Positions 1 through 9,344 of a stretch of DNA of 64,000 bases are shown piece after piece (within the stretch, counting starts at the first letter, position 1; the number at the start of each line of letters is the position of its first letter). Both the position numbers and the translations under genes were made by a program. The notes beneath the pieces were generated by a model. The model was given only the letters and a program-made list of their open reading frames with translations. It did not search any database and was not told the DNA's origin. Origin of the DNA: Macrostomum lignano (taxonomy: Eukaryota); the NCBI GenBank assembly GCA_002269645.1, contig NIVC01000514.1:62001-126000 (forward strand). Reading direction: 5' to 3'.

Positions 1-32
1 GAGCCACCTTTTTGAACATTAAAAAGCCACTT

Positions 33-145
33 TGTCAAACATAGAAGAGCCCCCATGTCAAACATAGAAGAGCCCCCATGTCAAACATAGAAGAGCCCCC
101 ATGTCAAACATAGAAGAGCCACTATGTCAGACATTGAAAAGCCAC
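33..145. repeat. 23-bp tandem repeat (tgtcaaacatagaagagccccca), about 4-5 copies
   Basis: Copies start at 33, 56, 79 and 102, then degenerate. Confidence 0.9.
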
Positions 146-306
146 CGTATCAAACATAAAAGAGTTACCATGTACGAGCGTAGAACATAAAAGAGCCACC
201 CTGTTAAACATAAAAAGATACACAATTTCAAACGTAAAAGTAAGCGAATTTTAAAGGAGCCGCTATAATGCTAAGGAAATTGTCGCACTAGCTACTTATT
301 GTCTGG

Positions 307-790
307 TGGATGCTTGCTATTTGGGGATGCTATCTATCTTGGGGATGCTTGCTATCTGGGGGATGCTTGCTATCTGGGGGATGCTTGCTATCTGGGGATG
401 CTTGCTATCTGGGGGATGCTTGCTATCTGGGGATGCTTGCTATCTGGGGGATGCTTGCTATCTGGGGGATGCTTGCTATCTGGGGGATGCTTGCTATCTG
501 GGGGATGCTTGCTATCTGGGGGATGCTTGCTATCTGAGGGATGCTTGCTATCTGGGGGATGCTTGCTATCTGGGGGATGCTTGCTATCTGGGGGATGCTT
601 GCTGTCTGGGGATGCTTGCTATCTGGGGGATGCTTGCTATCTGAGGGATGCTTGCTATCTTGGGGATGCTTGCTATCTGGGGGATGCTTGCAATCTGGGG
701 GATGCTTGCTATCTGGGGATGCTTGCCATCTTGGGGATGCTTGCTATCTAGGGGATGCTTGCTATCTGGGGGATGCTTGCAGTCTTGGGA
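307..790. repeat. 17-18-bp minisatellite (gatgcttgctatctgggg[g])
   Basis: Direct tandem periodicity. The track ORFs at 299-942 are translations of it. Confidence 0.95.
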
Positions 791-1291
791 TGATTTCTTT
801 TTGCAATGCACTTCATTTGAGCAGTTTGTCTGTTGTCTTTTTGAAGGATTTTTGGCTGTCTTTTTGTTACTTTAGAAAACAGAGATTCTATCCAGATGTC
901 CCCCATCGGGGGGCGAAGATTGCTAGTTCTGCACTAAACTGACAGAACTTTGTATTTGGCATGGGGATTTGGATTGTGCACTTATTCGTAGGTTGTCACA
1001 AGTTTCTCGGGCTAAAAGCTTTAGTAAACCCTATTGGAGACCGAGAATCCGTTGAGGGAGCACGCATAGACGCATTGTGCGCGTTACCGTTCAATATTAG
1101 TTTGATCCCAGATTAGACCTGTGATTCGAACCACAGTAGAGCAACTGTTACCCCATTCGCAATTCACAGTGTGTATTGTGATTGTGTATTGAACATGGCC
1201 TCGTTCTCACAGACCAATCAGCAGACATGACATAAACAGCAGCCAGTCAGCGAGCGAGTGAAAATAGTTAGTACATGTACATGTAGTTCAG

Positions 1292-2241
1292 GATTTGCTG
1301 AAACCCGCAGCCGGCTGCCGCTGCCCCGTGTGCGCGAGTGCGGCGCCAGCTGCGCCTGCATGGACGCGGCGCACGCCTGTTGCAACCGCACGGTCGGTCG
1401 GCAGCTGCTCCGTCGGCCCGATGACCTGCTGGAAGTGTTCAACATCGGCACTCCAGCCGGACGGGGAGTGCGATCTCGCGTTGTTCTGGAGCTCGGTGAC
1501 TGCGTCGGCGTTTACCCCGGTGAGGTCATCAGCTCGGCCGAGATGCTGCGCAGGGAGGCCGCCCGGGGCCCCGACAGCGGCAACTTCATTTTTGTGCTGC
1601 GAGAGCAGGAATCTGCGCACAAGCTAACTCAAGGTCATCAGCTGACTCAAGGCCATCAGTCGGATCAGCTGACTCAAGGCCATCAGTCGGATCAGCTGAC
1701 TCAAGGCCATCAGTCGGATCAGCTGACTCAAGGCCATCAGTCGGATCAGCTGACTCAAGGCCATCAGTCGGATCAGCTGACTCAAGGCCATCAGTCGGAT
1801 CAGCTGACTCAAGGCCATCAGTCGGATCAGCTGACTCAAGGCCATCAGTCGGATCAGCTGACTCAAGGCCATCAGTCGGATCAGCTGACTCAAGGCCATC
1901 AGTCGGATCAGCTGACTCAAGGCCATCAGTCGGATCAGCTGACTCAAAGGGCTCTAACAGTCAAGGAGCAGGTGACCATCGTAGACGCCAGCGAGTCCGG
2001 CCATCCGGCCAGGCTGCTGAACCACAGCTGCTCGCCCAACCTGTCGGTGGTGCCGGTTCGCATCGACTCGGACATCCCCTACCTGGCTCTGTTCGCCAGC
2101 AAGCGCATCAGGCCCGGGGAGGAGCTGACCATCTCCTACGGGGAGGGGTCGGCACCAGCGACTGGCGAGAGCCGCCTGCCCTGCTTGTGCGATGCCGCCA
2201 ACTGCTGTGGCTTTCTGCCCTACTGTCCCGATGTCGTGTGA
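1292..2241 (+). CDS. SET-domain histone-lysine methyltransferase, SETMAR/SUV39-group SET plus post-SET, 3' exon(s); 5' pre-SET exon(s) not located
   Basis: Acceptor ttcag|GA at 1291. Pre-SET tail RECGASCAC..CCNR, then YPGEV, RLLNHSCSPNL, VPVRIDS (as in the SETMAR SET domain), ELTISY and post-SET CLCDAANCCGFLP. Stop TGA at 2239-2241. An in-frame 27-bp array lies at 1639-1947. Confidence 0.85.
1639..1947 (+). repeat. 27-bp tandem array (cagctgactcaaggccatcagtcggat) x11 perfect copies plus partial, in frame (QLTQGHQSD)
   Basis: 1639 + 11x27 = 1936, followed by a partial copy. Confidence 0.97.
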
Positions 2242-2853
2242 CTCAGTTTGGCCCGATTTCTACTGCATTTCGTGCGTCAATGCCCTATGATATTTACATG
2301 TAATCAGCAAGTTGTCAATTTTAAATTGTTCCAAATCGTTTTATAAACCCATGGCTACATGCTTAAAATGGTTAGTTTTGCTCAGCATGTCGAATCTTTG
2401 TGCAGTTTTATAATTCAATACGAGTAGAGCAGATGTGCCACGAGTTGTGGCTAAAATTTCTGCTCATTTAGACATATTTTACCTGTCGTTCACAGTAAAC
2501 GCAGTTCGGAAACTTGCCACACCCTTTGTAATATCCAATATTCCTAACAAAATGCTAACTGGACTCATTTTCTACAGACGGCTCTACCAGTTTACATGTA
2601 CGAAATCGGTCCTGAGGATTTACGATCATAAGCCAGTATAAATGCTGTATCTTCTATTTTTGTAGTGACAATAGTACAATAAGCTGGCAATCTCTGGCCC
2701 ATCTCGGTGCTGCACGGGAGACAACAGTCAGTCTATGGCCCAAGCCTCAGGCTCTATTTTCTTTCATCGAATTGTCCCTGCTGAGCAGAAGCTTTATCAG
2801 CGCGCCCTCCATTTTGCTCAGAGAAGCAGCACCGAGCGAGCGAATTGGCCACC

Positions 2854-4467
2854 ATGGACTCTGAAGAAAGTCAGAAGCTGAAGCGGGAGCGGCTGCGGTT
2901 CTTCGTACAGCTCACGGAGCGTTGCACGGACGTGATGATGGAAATGAATAGCCGGGAGCTGTGCACCCGGTACGCCGGAACCGCCTCGGGCGGCCTTGAC
3001 AGCTACGTATTCACCTACCTGAGCGACAGGACGCTCTTTCTCGAGGTCACCGCCAGGTTCGACCCCAAGCAACAGGATTTCATCGATTCACATCGCTTTG
3101 CGTCCCATCCGACCTTTGAGACAGTGCTCTCAAAGTATACTCGAGTCGTGAAGAAACCGAATCCCGTGCACGAGAAGGCACGGCCTTGGGATGTGGCCAC
3201 TACCATGGTGATGAAGGTCGAGGCGCTGCTGCCCAAGTTTTGCAGTTACTCCCGCAGGCTGCTGAGACGCGAGTACGCCATCCTGCAGCACATTTGGCAG
3301 TCGTACTTGGACGAGAAGATGGAGTTTGATGACATGACCGGGATCCCCATGGTGTTTGACTACCAAGAGATACCCAATCAGAAGTTCTTCATGCCGCCGG
3401 GTGAGGTGGTGGAAGAGATCAGTCTGCAGGGCAAACTCATTCAGAGGAAGATCGGCTTGCCAGAGACCACCCTGTCCTACATGACCGTGGAAAAGCTCGG
3501 GCCCAGTCTGAGCTATCTGCTCGACCTCACCTGTGTGGCCAAGCGGCTCCCAGTTGGGCTGAGCGTCCGCACCGCATTCAAAGTGTTCGACCAGCTGATT
3601 TGCCGCCTACTGCAGATTCACCGATTCGGAGTGCTGCACAACGGTGTCTGTCCACAGAACATCTACTTCGGCCGCGGAATGTGCTACAATGTTGTTTACC
3701 TCAACAACTTTCGCGCGGCCAGCCTGGCCAGCAGCTCATCTGGAGCTGCGGCCTCGGGCGGCAAGCCCTGCCTCAACATGCGAGTCGCCAAGGACCCTCG
3801 ATTCGCCTCACTTAGTATGATGCGGTCCTCGGAAATGCACCCAGTGGACGATTTCGAGTCGGCTTTCTACACTCTGCTGGCCTGTATCGGACCGGGTCTG
3901 CCATGGGACGCCCTGCTTAACTCCCGCCCCATCGACGCGTCCGGTGCGTCAGATAGTGACAGCGCCACCACAGTCACGACTGCGCCATCCAGCAAGGCCA
4001 GCAAAAAGAAGGCCGCTCACGAGAACTCCCGCCACCTGTACGCAGCGGTCCGCGACGCCAAGAGCGCCTTCTGGGATTCCAACATTCACATGGAGCGCTT
4101 CATTGCCAATATGATGCACCGCCTCACAGACCGCGAGTCCGACCTGTTTCCCATAATTGCGGACATCCTGCTGGATCTGTATACCAAGGTGAAGCGGCTG
4201 CTGAACTGCTTCGCCAACAGTAAAAACGTTGCCGAGTTTTGTGCGCAGCTATGCAGAGGCGGCAGTCAGCTGCAGATTTACAACGACCTGCGCAAGCCAG
4301 CGCTCATGTACTTCAGATTTGAGGAGGTGCCGCCCTTGCTGAATAACCCAACAGACCTGCAGAGACAGCAAAGCCTTAAAAAGGGCCTACCGAGCACCTT
4401 TGCATGGAACCTGTCAGAGTGGTGCTTCAACTACGTCGAGGTTCGGCCACTGTCCGCGCGGGCGTAA
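2854..4467 (+). CDS. Intronless casein kinase 1 (CK1)-family divergent kinase, predicted pseudokinase (537 aa)
   Basis: Kozak gccaccATGG at 2854. CK1 landmarks: MVMKVE (beta3 Lys), LLRREYAIL (alphaC Glu), GIP, EKLGPSL, DQLICRLLQIH, FASL, DDFESAFY, LPW. HRDxKPxN is replaced by HNGVCPQN, DFG by NFR, and there is no GxGxxG. Confidence 0.8.
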   Translation: MDSEESQKLKRERLRFFVQLTERCTDVMMEMNSRELCTRYAGTASGGLDSYVFTYLSDRTLFLEVTARFDPKQQDFIDSHRFASHPTFETVLSKYTRVVKKPNPVHEKARPWDVATTMVMKVEALLPKFCSYSRRLLRREYAILQHIWQSYLDEKMEFDDMTGIPMVFDYQEIPNQKFFMPPGEVVEEISLQGKLIQRKIGLPETTLSYMTVEKLGPSLSYLLDLTCVAKRLPVGLSVRTAFKVFDQLICRLLQIHRFGVLHNGVCPQNIYFGRGMCYNVVYLNNFRAASLASSSSGAAASGGKPCLNMRVAKDPRFASLSMMRSSEMHPVDDFESAFYTLLACIGPGLPWDALLNSRPIDASGASDSDSATTVTTAPSSKASKKKAAHENSRHLYAAVRDAKSAFWDSNIHMERFIANMMHRLTDRESDLFPIIADILLDLYTKVKRLLNCFANSKNVAEFCAQLCRGGSQLQIYNDLRKPALMYFRFEEVPPLLNNPTDLQRQQSLKKGLPSTFAWNLSEWCFNYVEVRPLSARA

Positions 4468-5062
4468 AATTATCCGCGCCTTGATTTAATTCTGTCTTCT
4501 ACAAAGCATTAACGCATCAATTGTTGCCGTGAGTGTGCTATTTTTCCTAATATCATTATCATATATCATTAGACATTTATTATTGTTTAGTACTCGTTAT
4601 TACATTCGATGTCAATTACCTGGTTTTTTATTATTTGCCGGTAAGTTCTATTATTGTATTGTGACATTTATGGCAGGAGCTCTCCGGTATGCAGGAGGCG
4701 CTGCGCCATGCACTTATCTACAAAATATAATGCTTCCGCATCTCGAGTTCTGTCACGGAGCACAACAGCTGCAATATTATTTGCGAATTAAAACCCTTTC
4801 GATTGTTCGTTCGTTTGTTACTAATAAAATGTAAACTACATGTATACTTCCAAGGACTACTTACAGTAAGTCGCAGGACGGGAAACAACGTTTCTTGGAA
4901 AATTTAGGAGGCAGGTTTTCCGAAAAGATGCTGCGAAAATTGAAGTTTTTTTCAACACAAAACTTGTTATTGTTTTCGATAGGAGCTAGGCCCAATGTTC
5001 ATCCTTTAATAGAATGCTACTATAAGTAAGTAAGTTCACGCATGCGCACCTAAACTTTAACG

Positions 5063-5200
5063 ATGAATCATGTTACTATTTATAGAAGCAGAATGAATCA
5101 TGTTACTATTTATAGCAGCAGAATGAATCATTTTACTATTTATAGCAACGGAATGAATCATCTAATTATAGCGCAATCCATGAGTCATGTTACTATTTCT
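5063..5200. repeat. 30-bp tandem repeat (atgaatcatgttactatttatagaagcaga), 3-4 copies
   Basis: Copies at 5063, 5093 and 5123, then degenerate. Confidence 0.85.
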
Positions 5201-5229
5201 GGCCTGCAAAATTGACTATAAATACAAGT

Positions 5230-5825
5230 TGTCCGAAGCGGACCCGGAACCAACTCCCGACGATATAGGAGCAGCTCCGAAGAGGAAGCCTTGGAAGGAC
5301 TTCCTGATCGCCTAGTCAAGTCGAGATTTGAGTCGACTCACTATTGTTATAGTGTTAGAGTCTGTTGAGACGGCCATTTGAGACTCCATTGGCCGTAGTC
5401 GCCCGAAGGACTACCCTAATAGATCTTAGAGGATCTTCAGTTAGAGATTACCGGAGCAATACCTAGAGTGTAGGTTTAAGTTTAAGGTTTAAGAGGAGAA
5501 GGTTTAAGTGAAACCGCAGTTCGGCGCAGGGATCCCATTGTTTGATACGAGGCCTCTGATTGGTCCTGACTGCAAGATACCGGCCGGAAGTAGCTTCATC
5601 GGTAAGTACAAGAAGGACCAGGACCAGAACCAGAGAAGAGACAAGGCGCCTGATCTAAGGATCATCTGAGACCAGAACTACTGGTGACCAGACCTACAGC
5701 GAGATCTAAGAAGAGTACTCAACTGAGGATACAACAAAAGGTAAGTGATACCTTTACCTGCCTAGCATAGTAGCTAGAAGTGATTGTTCCTAGGCTAATA
5801 AAAAGTCTTGGTATAGTAAGGAACA
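5230..5825 (+). mobile_element. Possible solo LTR
   Basis: Starts TGT and ends ACA, with AATAAA at 5797 shortly before the end. GC/purine composition differs from the flanks. No matching TSD was found. Confidence 0.25.
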
Positions 5826-8800
5826 CATCATATATCCCTCTTGTTTAAGCGAAAAAAAGTTATACTTCACAAATTGGATCTGGCTCTAGAACCAGAAAAA
5901 GCAATTTGAAAAGGCCCATGCTCGTACATGCACTATATTATTCAACGTGTTCTTTGGACCGTGTACGGGTAGAAGAGCAAAGTGCATGGTATACCGTAGA
6001 TATCCTTAACAATTTTTATATCAAACATCAACTTCACTCATGTGCAATATAGTGTTTAGTATGCTGCTGTAATTTCTTCGGACAAGTGCTAGGTTTGTGC
6101 GAGTCCTGCATGATGAGTTTTATCCCTAGTCTCATTGCGAAATTAAATTGCTAAAACTCTTTTACATTCTGGTGTAATTTACTCTTCTATAGCCTAAATA
6201 AAACACTAATTAAAGAAGGCATTAAATTTAACTAGGTAGTTCACATATGCACACAAGTTTTGTTTAAATAATAGGCAAGATCTGACGAATTGTTTTAAGC
6301 GAGATACTTTCCACGAAATTGTAAAAAACATCCTTAAGGAATTGAGGTGGGGCGGAGAAAGTTTTGGTAGTAGGTGGGATTGTCCGGTGGTCGCTTGAAT
6401 TAATGTCGAGTATGAGCGGCTCAGGCCTTCGAATCGGCGCCGTCGTTAATTCGCACAGATTAAATCCGGAAAATTCGTGTGGACGAATCCCAATTGAAAT
6501 GTCTCGTAGATACTCCGACTGCCGGGGTCCTCAATCCCGGGGGGAGGGTAATTTTAGTCGTAGGCGAGCGGTCTTCGTTGGCGCGAGCGTTCAGAGCGGG
6601 TCCTCAGACACCGAATTTAACGTATCTCTTATGCGTGACTTAACTTGTTACTAACAGTAGAGTAGCGCTGCCACCACCGTAATTTGCGTATTACGGAACG
6701 TTGAAGCCTCAGAGCTTGCTTTGAGATGAGACTGATGGGTTATTTTACGCCCCACGGGCAAATGACTCAATATAAACTAGGTTTCAGGTTATCAAAGAGA
6801 GATTAATGTCGTATTATTGTTTTATTAAGACTTCAGCGGCAGTATATTAATTTACCTAGTAAATAAGGAATAAAAGTTATTAACTAAGATTCACCAAACG
6901 TATTAAAATAATCAATCTGGACCGTGACCACTCCGGCGGATGATTGGCTGGTGCCGCGGTGCACTAGCTACTGAATAGATAGACTGGGTGCAAGTAAACT
7001 GGCGGACTTAAATATTAAATTGAAAGGTAGGAGGGAAACGGAAAGAAGAAAAGGAAAGCAAGAAAATTGGGCGGCTCCAGAGAGCACCAATATATAGACA
7101 AAAATACGCAACGAGTGGTCTATGGGGTCAAACGCTGGTGGCAAAGGGTGGACACGTAGACCAAGTAAGGAACAGACAGAAAAATAACGCGGAAAATAGG
7201 GAGATAAACAAGGTTTCCAACAGAGGGACGCAAAAGACCAGAGAAAGGAGTGGAAAAACCAACGCAAGAACGGGGAAAAAACGAAACAAACCAGCCACTG
7301 GGGCACAAGGTGGGCACACAGGACCAAAACTGGGGACAGCGGGGAATGGGTCAAGGGTGGTTTATTAAGTCACGAAAAAATTAAATTTCAAAATTAAAGT
7401 ATTAACGTTCATTAGATTGTCAGTGGCAGCCCCAACTGCCACAGAATACTCAACTCGAGTAGATCTACTTGAGTCCTTGCATGTATAACTTGGACTGGAT
7501 AGCATAGTAACTGCAGGACTTACATTTTTTCACAGACTAAAAGATACAGTAGTGCATCAAAAACAAAGTACGGATATTGCATTAGCATTATATCATTTAA
7601 TCTCAGTCTCAGATGACAGATGCATGCAGCTTGCCGCCGCTTGCAGTTCTCGCCTTTTATTTTTGCTTGAATATTTTATTGTATAATTTTCTTATTGTCA
7701 GTGTCACTGTCAACTTCACTGACAAGGACGTGACACGATACACTGACTCTAACTTATCATTTTATCAAACAAAAAGTTACTCAAGTCTCAGCTTTTTTAC
7801 ATGTATTGATTTGCTTCCTAGCCTAACTAGACAAAATTATTAAAATTAACATAAATACTTGTACAAATTGATCTATTTATTGTTGTCTTACTTTAATAGA
7901 AAATCGTTTTTTATAATCGCTATAGCTGCAGCTAGCACTTTTGATAAAATAGACAAATACTATTGCAAGATAAGTTTCCTAATTATATTTGTTAATAAGC
8001 AAAATATTTAATGTTAGCTGCAATTATACATTTCTCTAAGTCTAATAATCATTAAAATATTTAGATATTAGACCAAAGACAAGCACATTCAGGATTCAGC
8101 CTGTAAACAGTGTAAAGCCTTTCTATCTGCATATCTGGCCCAGTTAAGGTTGGTGTCTTTTTCAAGCTTTCTTCTTTTCTTCCCTTTCTCCCTTTTCTTT
8201 CTCTCTCTTTGCTCCCCTCTCATTTTTCATTTCTCTTTCTACTCTCCTCTCTCCTCCCCTCTGGCCTCCTCTTTTCACTCTCTCCTTTTCTTTTTCTCCT
8301 TACTACCCTCTTATCTGCTCCTGGGTTTTTGTGCAAATGGGTGCAAATAGCATCCTGGTCTGAAAAATTGCACCCTGAAATTTGTCAATTTGACTCAGGA
8401 TGCGAAAAGTGCACCAGGATTTTTTGCAAGGATGTGATATGGATTTCACAATTTAGTGTTATGGACATCAAGTAGTGTTATGTTAGACTAGTTTTTGTCT
8501 GCAGCAGTGCAGAGCATCCTGGTCTTGAAAATTGCACCCTGAAATCTAGCACAAGTTATGGACAAAAAAACCTAGATATGCTCTCTCTTATCTCCCTTTT
8601 TTCTCTTTTACCCCTCTCCTTTTTCTCTCTCTTCTCTTCTCCACTCCCTTTACTCTTTACCTTCTACCCTCTCTTTTCTTCCCCCTTTCTTTCTTCTTCT
8701 CTCATCTTATCTCTTGCCTCTCTAATCTTTCTTAGCTTTTGTTTTCTATTCCCTTGTCTTTCTAATCTCATTTGGCCCACAGCCTAGAGCTGGATTCTTT

Positions 8801-9344
8801 ATCTGGCCCAAGAGGTAAAAAGTTTGTCAATCTCTATATTAGAAATTATAAGACATGATCATTAGTATAAATTTATTGTTCTAAGCTGTTACATAATTTT
8901 TATCTGCATGCCATAATCTTGGAGTAAAAAAAATTTATAGCAATCCTACACTTCTATTTGGTAAATCATTTTGACTTAGCAAACAATTCTTAATCTGAAA
9001 TTTTCTAAAGTGAAACAAACATCAATGAGTATATATAATATATCAACTTGGTATATCAACTTCTAGTCATATTTGAAAGAAATGGTTAGTCATAGACTAT
9101 ATCTAGACAATGGGTTAGTTTACTAAATAGAAGTGTGAGTTTGCCAAATCTATAACAATATTCAATAATTTATCAATTACAAATAGAACAGTTTAAAAAA
9201 TTAATAGTTGATTGAATGTTTATTACACTTGTATTTAGGCATTTTTAGTTAATTTTGTTTCTTATTTAAAAAAAATTCTTATTTTGCTATTCTATCATTT
9301 CTCTACTCTAACATAAATTTACTTGAATTTCAGCTTGATTTAAA

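Noticed and set aside
1292-4467. SETMAR-style SET-transposase fusion or SET-kinase fusion
   Set aside because: The SET ORF ends with post-SET and a stop at 2241. The downstream ORF is a CK1-like kinase with its own Kozak ATG, not a mariner transposase.
8100-8800. Hydrophobic Phe/Leu/Ser-rich ORFs as membrane proteins
   Set aside because: They derive from CT-rich low-complexity DNA with a local duplication, with no splice or codon-usage support.
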